Of a stretch of 64,000 bases of DNA, positions 47,715 through 59,300 are shown piece after piece. The notes beneath the pieces were generated by a model that had not been told where the DNA came from, searched no databases, and was given only the letters and a program-made list of their open reading frames with translations. Within the stretch, counting starts at the first letter, position 1. Each line of letters begins with the position of its first letter. Origin of the DNA: Gemmatimonadota bacterium (GTDB lineage: Bacteria > Gemmatimonadota > Gemmatimonadetes > Gemmatimonadales > GWC2-71-9); assembly GCA_039586365.1 (NCBI GenBank), contig JBDHKN010000001.1, positions 169,892-233,891 of the forward strand, written 5' to 3'. A program made the position numbers and the translations under genes.

Positions 47715-50465
47715 ATGCAAATCACGTGTGGACTCAGGGGTGTCCTCACAGCCGTGGCTTTGGTCATCTCCGGTGCGGGTCAGCTTGTGGCACAGGCTGG
47801 CGCACCGGCTACGGTGACGGGACGAGTGACCGCAGAGGACGGTCGAGCCCTTGCCGGTGTTCAGGTGGTGGTTAGTCAACCAGGCACCGCACGCCAGTTC
47901 GGTGCCCTCACCACGGATGATGGGCGTTACAGTGTCGCAGGACTGCGACCCGGCCTCTACCGGATCGTGGCGCGGACCATCGGTTACGATCCTGGCACTG
48001 AGGACGGTGTTCGGCTCGGAGCGGGGGAGTCCAGAGAGATCAATTTTACTCTGGGCGTGCGGGTCATCTCCCTGGACGCCATCGAGGTGTTCGCGACCCG
48101 GGCCATCGAGCGTGTGACACCAGTGGCGTACACGGACGTAGACAAGCCAACGATGGAGCAGCAACTCGGATCGCAGGACATTCCTTTGGTTCTGAATACG
48201 AAGCCGAGTGTGTATTCAACCGAGCAGGGTGGTGCGGCGGGTGATGCCCGGATCAACGTGCGCGGTTTCGACCAGCGCAACGTGTCAGTCATGATCAACG
48301 GCGTGCCGGTGAACGACATGGAGAATGGGTGGGTATACTGGTCGAACTGGGACGGTGTGGGCGACGCTACGTCCTCGATCCAGCTCCAGCGGGGGCTATC
48401 GGCCGTTAACCTGGCAACCCCCTCGATCGGTGGAACCATGAACATCATCACCGACCCGACGGCACAGTCGGCAGGTGGGATGCTCAAGCAGGAATACGGC
48501 TCCGACGGGTTCCTCAAAACGACGGCCATGCTGGCCTCGGGCCTGCTCGCCGATAAGTTCGCCTTTATGGCCCAGGGCGTGCGGAAGACTGGGAACGGGC
48601 TCGCAGAGGGTATCTGGACCGACGCCTGGGCCTACTATTTCGGCGCGAGCTACAAGATCAGTAACAGCAACCGGCTCGACCTGTACGCACTGGGCGCGCC
48701 CCAGCGCCACGGGCAGCGAAGTTACGCCCAGAACATTGGAGCGTTTAGCGCAGCATACGCACTGCGCCTCGATGACTACGATCCCGCCGCAATGATCGTC
48801 TACGATGTCTCCCCAGACGGTCTCCGCTTCAACCAGAACTGGAACAGCATCTCCGAGTCCTACACAGGGCAACAAGCGGAAGGGTCCAAGCGTCTCGATC
48901 GTCACGAGAAGGGCTTTCTAAACGAGAGGGAGAACTTCTTCCACAAACCCCAGGTCAACCTCAACTGGTACTCGTCGCTGTCAGAGACCGTAACGCTCAC
49001 CACGGTGGGCTATTACTCCGGTGGATCTGGTGGTGGTACGGGCACGTACGGTGACTTCTTGTGGGATTACGATAGCCAGCCGACTCGCATCGCGGACTGG
49101 GACGGCAACATTGCTATAAACCTGGGGACCGAGGACCGGAGGGGCGATCCCAAGGTCGCCGGCGAGGCCCGGGGCATCCTTCGGAACAGTCGTAACGACC
49201 AGTGGTCATTCGGTGCCATCTCCAAGCTTGCGAAGCAATTCTCGCCGGCTTTCACCATGGAGATCGGCGGGGACTGGCGGACCGCTGAGATCGATCACTA
49301 CCGGGAAGTGCGGGACCTGCTTGGGGCTGACTACATCCTCGACACGAGCAGCGATTTCTGGTCCGCCGCAGAACAGCGACGTGGCCTCGGTGACAAGATC
49401 GGTTACGACTTCACCAACACGGTGGATTGGTTGGGCGGCTATCTGCAGGGCGAGTATGTCACTCCCCAATTTACTGTCTACGGAATGGGTGGTCTGTCGA
49501 CAATCAAGTACACCTATAGGAACCATTTCCTGGATGACGGTACCGGGAACCCGCTGTACGCCGAGACCGACTACATCTACGGCTTCCAGTTCAAGGGCGG
49601 TGGTCTCTACAACTTGACTCCGGAACTCGGCGTCTACGCGAACGGCGGGTACGTGTCCAGAGTACCGATCTTCGACGGTGTGATAGACGACTACGCAGGT
49701 GCGATCAACCCGGACCCGCAGAACGAGAAGTTCCTGGCCTTTGAGGGTGGCCTCAACTATCGAACCCTCGACCGATCCGTGGCGATCAACTTGAACGGGT
49801 ATTACACTCGCTGGGATGACCGCACTGTGACCAGAGGCTTCGTCACCGAGACAGGAGAGGACGCACTCATCAGTCTGCTGGGTCTTGACGCGCTTCACAC
49901 CGGCGTCGAGGCTGAGGTGGCGCTGCAACCGTCTTACCTGGTCCGCTTCGATGTGGGTGCCTCATTGTCGAACTGGGTCCATACCGACGACGTGACCGGT
50001 ACTTACCGCCCGGACGCCAGAGACCAAGCCACCGAGACGTACAACTTCTACGTAAAGGACCTCAAGGTAGGCAACGCACCACAGACACAGGTGTCGGCCG
50101 CTGTGTCGCTGTTTCCGATCGATGGCCTGTCTATTCAGGCGATTGGTAAGAGATTCAGCCGCTTCTGGGCCGCGTTCGACCCGATCGACCGGACGGACGA
50201 GACCGATCGGGCCCAGAGTTGGCGGATGCCGGGGTACACGGTGTTCGATGGGCACTTCTCGTACACGCTTCCCGAGAGCTTGCGGCTCGGGCAGCGCTTG
50301 ATGGTATTCGGGCACGTGTTCAATCTGTTGGATGCAGAGTACGTCATGGATGCCCTCGACAACTCGCCTTACAACGGGTTCGACGGTGACCACGACGCGG
50401 ACGACGCCGAAGTCTTCTTCGGCCTGCAGCGGCGCTTCAACGTGGGGCTACAGTTGAACTTCTAG
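47715..50465 (+). CDS. TonB-dependent receptor with an N-terminal carboxypeptidase-regulatory-like domain
   Basis: SD AAGGAGG 6 nt before ATG 47715; signal ...QLVA|Q; plug NVRGF...INGVPVND; C-terminal Phe. Confidence 0.93.
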   Translation: MQITCGLRGVLTAVALVISGAGQLVAQAGAPATVTGRVTAEDGRALAGVQVVVSQPGTARQFGALTTDDGRYSVAGLRPGLYRIVARTIGYDPGTEDGVRLGAGESREINFTLGVRVISLDAIEVFATRAIERVTPVAYTDVDKPTMEQQLGSQDIPLVLNTKPSVYSTEQGGAAGDARINVRGFDQRNVSVMINGVPVNDMENGWVYWSNWDGVGDATSSIQLQRGLSAVNLATPSIGGTMNIITDPTAQSAGGMLKQEYGSDGFLKTTAMLASGLLADKFAFMAQGVRKTGNGLAEGIWTDAWAYYFGASYKISNSNRLDLYALGAPQRHGQRSYAQNIGAFSAAYALRLDDYDPAAMIVYDVSPDGLRFNQNWNSISESYTGQQAEGSKRLDRHEKGFLNERENFFHKPQVNLNWYSSLSETVTLTTVGYYSGGSGGGTGTYGDFLWDYDSQPTRIADWDGNIAINLGTEDRRGDPKVAGEARGILRNSRNDQWSFGAISKLAKQFSPAFTMEIGGDWRTAEIDHYREVRDLLGADYILDTSSDFWSAAEQRRGLGDKIGYDFTNTVDWLGGYLQGEYVTPQFTVYGMGGLSTIKYTYRNHFLDDGTGNPLYAETDYIYGFQFKGGGLYNLTPELGVYANGGYVSRVPIFDGVIDDYAGAINPDPQNEKFLAFEGGLNYRTLDRSVAINLNGYYTRWDDRTVTRGFVTETGEDALISLLGLDALHTGVEAEVALQPSYLVRFDVGASLSNWVHTDDVTGTYRPDARDQATETYNFYVKDLKVGNAPQTQVSAAVSLFPIDGLSIQAIGKRFSRFWAAFDPIDRTDETDRAQSWRMPGYTVFDGHFSYTLPESLRLGQRLMVFGHVFNLLDAEYVMDALDNSPYNGFDGDHDADDAEVFFGLQRRFNVGLQLNF

Positions 50466-50494
50466 CCCCAAGGATTGTGCGGCGGAGTTAGCCA

Positions 50495-50526
50495 AGGGCC
50501 CCGTCGTCATCCGGCGACGGGGCCCT
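50495..50526 (+). terminator. Hairpin after the TonB-dependent receptor (probable terminator)
   Basis: 12-bp perfect stem AGGGCCCCGTCG/CGACGGGGCCCT. Confidence 0.6.
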
Positions 50527-50673
50527 CCTGTACTCGGCGGACAACTGAGTTCCGGGCAGTGGCCACGGGGCTTTGACCAACCAGTTGCCGACACTGCCTA
50601 AGGCACGTGCACGATAGTGGGTGCCAAGACAACGGGGGATAATGGGCTTTGCGTCAGTCTGATTGTCGGATTC

Positions 50674-51753
50674 CTACGTCGGCGCCCTCTTTAACAACAC
50701 TACTGCAGCGACTGCAAACAGCGCATTCGGTGTCCAAGCCGCAACCGTGGGGGGCAGAGCGCCGCCGGCTCCAACGGCCTGGGACAACTGGACCAGAAGT
50801 AGGAACAGCATCGTAGTTGCTAGGCTTGCGGCAACGCCGAACGCACCGCTCGCTCGGGGTGCTGTAACCGCGAGCGGCGCACCGAACAGGGCAATAACGA
50901 TACAGGTAACAGGCACCGCGATCTTAAGGGCGCGGTACACCCGTAGCTTGCGGCCATCACCGCCTGATCGCTCGAGCGCATCTACGTAACGACCGAGTTC
51001 TGCGTAAGTCATCTGCTCCGGTTTCTTGGGCTCACTCAGGAGGTCATCAGGGGTTTCTTGCAGGCTGCGCAGCCGTAGTGAGTCGAAGAGAACCGTTGAC
51101 TCCCCAGCACCTGCAGTGATCGTACGGTATCGGCCGTCGCGCAGCGTCCAGGTAGCGGTGGTATCGTTGTACCGGCCCAATCGCGCCTGAACCGCCAGGG
51201 TCGGATAGTCTGCGCCGGAGCCTTCGCGCTCCAGTACCAGGTCGGTCATCTGGCGCTGCCTGACATTCAGCGACCGTATGGTGTAGACCCATCCTGCTTC
51301 GGCGCGGTAGACGAAATTCTGGCGAGTGTTTTGGGCCCGTATCTCCAATTCGCCGAGTAGCTCGAGCTGCCTGCGAGTCGCGCTGGGCGCTAGCTCTCCG
51401 AGTCCAAGCCCGGCAGCAGACACGAATAGTGCGGCCACGAACACGGGGATGGCGAGACGGTGGAAACTCCGGCCCGAGGCCTTTGCGGCTGTCAGCTCCG
51501 AGTGCCGGTTCATGGAAACGAGACTGAATACTGTGGCGAATAGCACTGCCGCTGGGAGGACTAGGTAGACTTTTTCAGGTAGGCTGTAGACGTAGGCCAG
51601 GGCGATGGTTGTCGGCTCTAACTCGCGTTGGAGGTACTCGGCCAGTTTGTCAGTGATCTCGAACAGGACGGGTATCAGAGGGAAGCCTATGACAGTGGCC
51701 GCGAATATCTTCAGCCATTCGCGAAGCAGGTATCGGTCTAGGATCGTTATCAT
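50674..51753 (-). CDS. lptG: LPS export ABC transporter permease LptG
   Basis: ILDRYLLRE, SELTAAKASG, AAWTPN; second of the paralogue pair. Confidence 0.85.
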   Translation of the reverse strand: MITILDRYLLREWLKIFAATVIGFPLIPVLFEITDKLAEYLQRELEPTTIALAYVYSLPEKVYLVLPAAVLFATVFSLVSMNRHSELTAAKASGRSFHRLAIPVFVAALFVSAAGLGLGELAPSATRRQLELLGELEIRAQNTRQNFVYRAEAGWVYTIRSLNVRQRQMTDLVLEREGSGADYPTLAVQARLGRYNDTTATWTLRDGRYRTITAGAGESTVLFDSLRLRSLQETPDDLLSEPKKPEQMTYAELGRYVDALERSGGDGRKLRVYRALKIAVPVTCIVIALFGAPLAVTAPRASGAFGVAASLATTMLFLLLVQLSQAVGAGGALPPTVAAWTPNALFAVAAVVLLKRAPT

Positions 51754-53240
51754 CAGGCCGGCGACCGTGCGGATGTCGCGCCACTATCGATCGAATCCCT
51801 CGCTCTGCCGCGAGACCGTCCAACTCCCTTTCGCCCGGTGCGCCATAGCAGGAATACACCCAGCATCCCAAATACGACGTTTGGCGTCCACATCGCCCAG
51901 AAAGGCGGAACGGTCAGGCGATTGGCCAGTGACTCTCCCGCGATTAGGCCCGTATAGTAGACGCTGAAAATCACCAATCCGACTGCGAGCACCAGGCCCA
52001 GTCCTCCCCCCGGGAAGCGGAGGGCCACCGGTACACCCACCAGCACAAACACTATGCACGCAGCCGGGATCGCGTATTTCTTGTGGAACTCCACCTTGTA
52101 GACGGCTACACGGACCTTGGAGCTGTGGGCCCGGTCATGCTGGATGCGCGCCTCGTTGGAACGGGTTCGTGGGCTGAGACCGCTCGTGGTTACACGACGT
52201 GCCGGCGCCTCCAGCTGAGTGCGTTGTACGGCACTGAGCGTGTCTTCCTGTGGTGGGGTCCGCGCGGCAAGTTCCTCAGGGAGTAACGCGGCCAGCGCAG
52301 TGCAATAGAGGCTGCGCCTAGGCAAGGCAACAACCGTATCTGGTTCGATAAGGGGAAGTCCCACCAACGACCGAATTCCGTTCTTCTCCGCAGTTTCGGC
52401 GCGACGCCGGGCAATCGTCTCCTCGCGGAACTCCCGGCGGAACACATCTTCCAGCGCGCAGACACCGAGTTCCCTGTCGCCATGGTATGTGTCCCCTTCA
52501 CGCCGTACGAATTCGTTGCCGATGCCTTCCAGCTTGACCAAGTAGGTTCCGTACTCGGTCCGATCAAACATCCCTGGATCACGCCGGTCGAACTCGTGCG
52601 CGGTGCCATCAAACAGGCTCACGTGTAGGTCTGTTTGGGCGGAGTCGAACGACATCCGTCCGCTGTCGGCGTACACTATCTGAGTGGTGCGGCGATCGGT
52701 GAGTCGGTAGATAGTGACGTCTCGCATCAGGTAGCTTGCCTGGTCTATTTGCGCAGCTCGTAGGAATACTCGGCCTCGCTGGACCTCATTGACTACGTGT
52801 TCCTTCAGTGAGAACGTCGGTTTCGTTCGCCCGATGGCGCTCATGAGAGTCCGCAGCCTATGATTGGTGCGGGGAAGTACCTGGTCGCCGAACAGGAACG
52901 CGAAAACAGCGACCAGACTACCGGCAATCAAGACCGGTCGCACCAGCCGAGCGAGAGAAATTCCTGTGGCACGAAGTGCAGTGATCTCGTTGTCGTGTGC
53001 CAGCCGGCTGAAAGTATGCAGCACAGCCACCAACACCGACATGGAGATAGTCATTACGATGAGGTAGGGGATCGTGAGCAGGAAGAACTCTACTATGACG
53101 GTCCACGGGAGATCCTTGCCCACGAAGAGCTCCAACCGACGTGCGATCTGGTTGATCAGCATGAAACCAGTCGTCGCCGCTAGGGAGAAAATGAACGGCG
53201 CGATATGTGATCTCACCAGATATCGGCTAAGGATCCGCAT
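51753..53240 (-). CDS. lptF: LPS export ABC transporter permease LptF (true start ATG 53240)
   Basis: MRILSRYL, NEITALRATG, VEFHKKYAIP, AMWTPN; SD GAGG. Confidence 0.85.
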   Translation of the reverse strand: MRILSRYLVRSHIAPFIFSLAATTGFMLINQIARRLELFVGKDLPWTVIVEFFLLTIPYLIVMTISMSVLVAVLHTFSRLAHDNEITALRATGISLARLVRPVLIAGSLVAVFAFLFGDQVLPRTNHRLRTLMSAIGRTKPTFSLKEHVVNEVQRGRVFLRAAQIDQASYLMRDVTIYRLTDRRTTQIVYADSGRMSFDSAQTDLHVSLFDGTAHEFDRRDPGMFDRTEYGTYLVKLEGIGNEFVRREGDTYHGDRELGVCALEDVFRREFREETIARRRAETAEKNGIRSLVGLPLIEPDTVVALPRRSLYCTALAALLPEELAARTPPQEDTLSAVQRTQLEAPARRVTTSGLSPRTRSNEARIQHDRAHSSKVRVAVYKVEFHKKYAIPAACIVFVLVGVPVALRFPGGGLGLVLAVGLVIFSVYYTGLIAGESLANRLTVPPFWAMWTPNVVFGMLGVFLLWRTGRKGVGRSRGRARDSIDSGATSARSPA

Positions 53241-53337
53241 TCGCCTCTGTAACTTTCTAGTTTGTAATGACTTGGCTCGCGGGATTATATTGCCAACGCT
53301 CACCTCATACAAGGCGTACACCTCTCCCGCTAGGAAA

Positions 53338-56300
53338 GTGTCGCGTACGACAACAGCGGTGATTGCCGCCGCTTTGCTGCTGCCCGGCGGCACTCTGCAA
53401 GCCCAGGAGAGTGGCGGGCCGTTGCCCAGGGTCAGGGTGCGTCTGCTTGCCGATTCGATTCGGGTCAGGGTGCCCGCTGCTCTCGCGCCTGGGGGCCGCC
53501 TGGCACCGCGCACTACGCCGCAGATGGTGGTGGCCGTCTGGATGGATCGGGTGCAGGAGTATGTGGCGGGCAGACGCGCCACCCGGTGGCAAACGAACCT
53601 GCTTGCATCACTGGGACCTGCACCGCGCAGGAGGCGTGAAGGCATTCCACGACCTGAGGAGATCGCGGCTCAGATACAAGGGCCGGCCGGGGCCGGCGAA
53701 CCGGCCACGCTGGAATCTCTGGCTGAGCTTGCGGACCTCGGGCTCGACATGACCGCACGTCTCGAACTGACCCTCGATCGGCTGCGCAATGCACGGTGCA
53801 CGGCGGCTGATGCGTTCAGCCTGGCATCAGGTTGCGTGGGCGGGTTTCCTACACCTACGGTGGAAGAGCAGTTCAACGTGCGCGCGGGTGGTGTGGTGGG
53901 TGACCGTGTTCACCTAAATGTCGATTTTGATACAGAGCGGGAGTTCAACGCCAACAATGCAATAACCGTCTACTACCAGGGTCTAGAGGACGAGATCCTG
54001 CAGCGAGTGGACGTTGGCACGGTGACCTTTCAGGTTCCGGGATCGAGATTCATCACATCCGGAATCCCATCCAACTCCTTCGGTGTGCAGGCGGAGGCTC
54101 AGTTGGGTCCATTGAGTCTCCGCTCAATCGTTGCTCAGCAGAAGGGATCTGCTATACGGACTAGGTACTTCACGGTCGGTGACGCCACGACTCTGCCAGT
54201 CGATTTCGAGGCGCGCGACTTGGACTTCGCATCCGGTCGGTTCTTCTTCATTGTCAATCCCACAGCGTTGTCTGGCTATCCCGACGTCGATGTGCTGAGC
54301 ATCAACAGAGAAGCGCTCCCCCTTTCCCTTCAGGTGGCGGAGGCGCGGGTATATCGATTGCGGGCTCAGGGCGGCCAGGTTGAAGAGAATCGCAACCTCG
54401 GAGGCATCGACGCGATCGCGTTACGCACAGATAGCCCCCAACGAGTAGGTCCGTTTTCATGGGAGTTGCTGGTGGAGGGTGAAGACTACTACCTGGATCC
54501 CTCGGGTGCGTGGTTTGCACTTGGCAACAGCGTTGGCACGGAGGATTTCTTGGCGGTTTCATACGTGACCAGTGCTGGAGACACGGTCGGGACCTACCCG
54601 TCGATCAGCAGCGGGGTTGACACACTAGAGTTGGTCTATGAACCGCGGCGTGGGCCTGAAGTTCCCACCTTCGCGTACGAGATACGAAACGGTTACAGGC
54701 TTGGCGGCGACGATATTGATCGCGCAACAGTATCTCTTGCGGTACTCCTCAATAACTCGGAAGAACCCCTGGACGGTGGAGGTACTTATCTGTCTCGGCT
54801 GGGCCTGGCGCTTTCAACAGATGCCTCAACTCTAGACGAATTCAATCGGATCTTCCCACGGGAACGTGATCCTGACGGCGGGACCCCGATCAGAGACCTA
54901 TTCGTCATCTTCCCACACCTGACGCCCTTTGGAGATACCACCCGCCTCCGGTCTGAAGAGCGCAACGATTCACTGTATCGCACGCCCACCTACCTGCGGC
55001 GCAGCCAAGGCCCTCCACCGAGGTTCTCCTTGCGGATTCATTACGAAGGAAGCGGCGCTGGTGATCGCAGCAGTCTCAACCTCGGTGCGATCCAGGTGAG
55101 GCTTGGGAGTGAACGTCTCTACATCGGTGAGCGGCAGCTCGTGCGCGGGCGTGATTACGAAGTCGACTACGCACTGGGGCAGGTGGCCTTTCTGAATCCA
55201 GATTCGCTCTTTGTCGGCTCCACCGAGGTCCGCGCCGAGTTTGAGGAGAACCAGCTATTTGACGATGCTCCTAGAAGCATCGTGGGTTTCTCGGGGACGT
55301 ACAGCCTGGGCACCACTGGTAACCTCAACGCCATCGGGATCTTTCAGCGAGAACGTACCGTAAGCAACCGCCCACTGCTGGGACTAGAGCCTGAGGCGAT
55401 GTTCATCGGGGGGCTCAGTACGGAGCTCCACTTCCGGCCGACTGCGGTGACGCGCTTCTTGGATGCGCTCCCCTTGGTCAGTACGTCCGTACCCTCTACC
55501 CTCGAAGTTACCGGTGAGCTGGCAACGTCAAACCCGAATTCCAACCTGACCGGTACGGCCTATGTAGAAGACTTCGAACAAGAACCTGCTACGCAGATCT
55601 CACTTGCCGAGCGACGTTTCCAGCTGGGTAGCCGGCCATCTTCAGGGACCGGTCTACCGCTATCTCATCTTGGCTCCAGCGGGGACTTCGAGGTTGCTGA
55701 TGCAGTGCCGCTGGTCTGGCAGAATCTGATCCCTTCAAGTAGCGGCTTGGTGCAGTTCAGCCCTACCGATATCGACTCGACGATAGTGTTGACGGGCACC
55801 GGAATCGCCGTTGAGACGACTCTGTGGCTCACTCTCAAACCGGATACTGTAGGTGGGGCACCGGATCCCGAGACTGGCAGCCCTCGCTGGTTTCGACCCC
55901 ACACGGTCGGACCGCGTTGGCGCAGCATGACACAGCCCCTGGGAGGAGGATCGGGAGTAGGTGTCGATTTGTCGCGCGTCGAGTTCTTTGAGTTCTGGAT
56001 GCTGGAAGATCAAGCCCGTTCAGCGATGCAGCAGGGCGCTTATCTGATGTTCGACTTCGGTACCGTGTTCGAGGATGCCGTGGATTTCGGTCCCGATTCC
56101 TTCACCCCCGCGGCCCCGGATACCGTTTTTGGAGGATTCCAGCTTGTGGGTATTGGCCGCCTCGACAGCGAGAAGGACCCTGTCACCAACGTCTTCAATG
56201 CTCAGTTTGATGACGTCGGAATCCGCGGAGATCTACTGGATTCCGTTGTGAATCAAGCAACCGGTGAAACCGCCATACGCTTCCCGATGTGTGATCTACG

Positions 56301-59300
56301 CGGACTCACAGACGTCACAGCCTTTCGGCTTGGAAACCTCTTAGCCAGATGCTCGAGGGGAAATGGATTCCTCAATACCGAGGATCTCGATGGGGACAAT
56401 CGGTTAGACGCTACCGTTGGCACCGCGCAGGAGGACCTGGTGCGGCACGTCGTGCCAATCGGTGATGAGCAGTACTTCGTGAGGGAAGGTGGTAGGTACG
56501 TGGATGACGGCGGTCGGGTGCATACGTGGCGGCTGTACAGGGTACCCTTCCGCGAGGACACAGTCCAGATCGGACAGCCGAAGCTACGGCAGGTAGAAGC
56601 CATGCGCATCACCTTGGTTGCGCCTGATCAAGGTGGGGCGGAGAGTGAGTTCTCGATTGCACTGGCAAGGATGCAGTTTGTTGGTGCACCGTGGATCAAA
56701 AGAGCCGAGACGCCGATAGCGGGGTTGAGTGGAGGTCAGGGGATCCCCCGGGGGGAAGTGGTTGCATCTGTGGTGACGACTGAGAACACGGACCTCGGAT
56801 ACGAGCCACCTCCAGGTATAATCGACCAAGCCCAGCGGGCGGACCTGGAGTTCGGATTCGGAACCCAACAGATCAACGAGAAGTCGCTGAGGCTACTTGC
56901 CAGAGATCTGCGGGCCGGTGAGCGTGCTGAGGCCCTGCTGCGATTCACGGTGGCGGCTGATAAGAACTTCCTCAAGTACCGCAATCTGAGGGTATGGGCG
57001 AAAGGGAGAGGTTTGGGTTGGGAGGAAGGGGATCTGCAGTTCTTCATCAAGGTGGGTCGCGACGAACACAACTTCTACATGTACAAGGCTCCGATTAGGA
57101 GCGTGAGTTGGGAACCTGAGATCGTCGTAGACTTGGGACGGTGGACCGAGCTACGTGAGACTCTCGAGAACGCTTGGCTTAGTGGGGCACCGCCGTCAGG
57201 GGCACTGGAGTGCGGGGGAGATTCAACTGCATATGTAGCGTGCGATGGATCGTACTTCGTTCAGGTACGCAATCCGGGCACGTCGCCACCCAACCTCGCC
57301 CGCGTTTCAGAGGTGGCAGTCGGAATATACCGGCCATTTGAATCGGTGCTGATCGAGCAAGCTGAGCTGTGGACTGACGATATCAGGTTGACGGATGTGA
57401 TCGATGATGCAGGTGTCGCGGCCGCAATCGATGTCCGTCTTGCTGCGGCTGACGTCGCGGAACTGGCGTTCAATTACAGCCGCGTCAACGACCAGTTCCG
57501 GCAGCTGGGAGAAGAGCCTAGCTACGTCACTGATCGAACCATGCGATTTGGCGGCACCGTAAACCTGGAGAAGGTAGTACCAGCGGCATGGGGTCTGAAC
57601 GTACCGTTTCGGATCGAGCATGTCCGCACCGCTGCTGATCAGTTTTATGTGGCTGGTAGCGATGTCAGGGCTGAGGCTTTGGAGAACTTGCGCCGTCCAA
57701 AGAGTTCAGTAACGAATCTGGAGGTCTCTGTTCGGCGGGTACGACGCGGTACCTCCTTCATCGAGCGTACGGTGCTGGACCCGCTTTCATTCCGGGCTCG
57801 TCGCAACGTCGGTGAGACTGTACAATCGCTGACCCAAGCCCGGACAGAGAATCAACAATTCCAGGCAGACTACGCCGCGGTGCCAAGACCCCGGACATTC
57901 AAAGCAGTGCCAGGGTTCGTTGTGGGATTCCTTGACTGGCTTCCGGGATTCGTGCGCAATAGTGAGTTCGCCAAGTCAGTACGCTCAGCCCGGATCCGCT
58001 GGAACCCGCAACGCCTGCGATTCTCGTCGACTCTCACGGATAATTCGACGAGACGCTCGATCTATAGGGTGCCCGTTGAACTTGCGACCGATGGCAGTCT
58101 CGCTCCCTTGCGTAGTATCACGCACACGTGGCGCAACGCTGCAGAACTGGACCTCCGCCCGTTCTCCACCTTTGGATTCAGGGCGACCTATGTGAGCACG
58201 CGGGATTTGCAGGACTACGGCGACTCGACATCCGTCGGCCAATTCCTCGGGGAGGAGCGCGGCCGGCTGTTCGGGACGGATGTCGGCTTCGAGCGAACGA
58301 GAAGGGTCACCACCGGATTGGACCTGTCACCGGTAGTGAACGCCTGGCTCAGGCCTCGATTCGTTCTGACCAGCGTGTACAGCTTCAACCGTGATCCCAA
58401 TGCGGGTGGGCCGGTGGTGACGGATCCCGATTCGGGGACTATCAAGACTCCAGAAAGTGTGTCCAACACCCAGTTGCGCGAATTGGGAACGGTGTTCGAC
58501 CTGGCGCGACTGATCTCGGGTGTTTTTGGAGATTCGAGTGCGGTCTCCGTGCTGGCAAGGGCCGTTCTGCCTGCGGACCTTACATTCGTACGAGAACATC
58601 GTTCCAACTTCAATGATGTGACCTTCGCGCCTGGCATCGACTATCAGTTGGCTTTGGGAGGGCTTGCCGACTTCCGGGAACAACAGGGTGTTCTCGCAAC
58701 GTCAGCCGGTGAGATCACGGCCCTAGCTGCAAGCGGAGGTGCGCGTCTACCGTGGGGTGCGCAGGTCCGCCTGAGCTATCGGGACAATCGCAATATTGTG
58801 TGGTTTCGCCGTCCGGAAGGCCAGCAGAGAAATGAGCAGCGGAACCGTGAGTGGCCCTCTCTCTCAGCGTCCTGGGTCTTGACACCTACTTCGGCGTTGC
58901 GGAGAGTGCTATCCAGTTTTAGCGCTCAGCTTCGGTGGCGGGTGATCAGGCGATTCAGTATCAAGCCGCAGCTGGATCCAATCGAAGATCGTGATGCCGA
59001 TCAGGTGGATCTGCTGACCGAAGACAACTCGAGTGTTGTATCACCGGCAGTCACACTGATCCTGCCGGGTGGGATCACGACGTCGGCGAGTTACACGGCA
59101 ATGAGTGCGGAGCGCATTACCTCAGGCAATGTTACTAACACCGACCGCACCGAATGGAATGGGTCTATGGGGTTCGGGTTCCGCTTGCCGGCTGGCCTGA
59201 TGAGGACGAGGAGCCAGATAAGGACGACTGTGGCCATCAACTCTTCGAAACGCGTGGTCTGTCTGGTACCGGTTGGCGATATCGAATGTAGGGCTGTTTC

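Noticed and set aside
53074..53645. Long head-to-head overlap of the 630-aa and 2134-aa ORFs as given in the track
   Set aside because: Artefact of longest-ORF calling; the family-typical N-terminus and SD put lptF at 53240 and the SprA signal peptide at about 53338, leaving a gap
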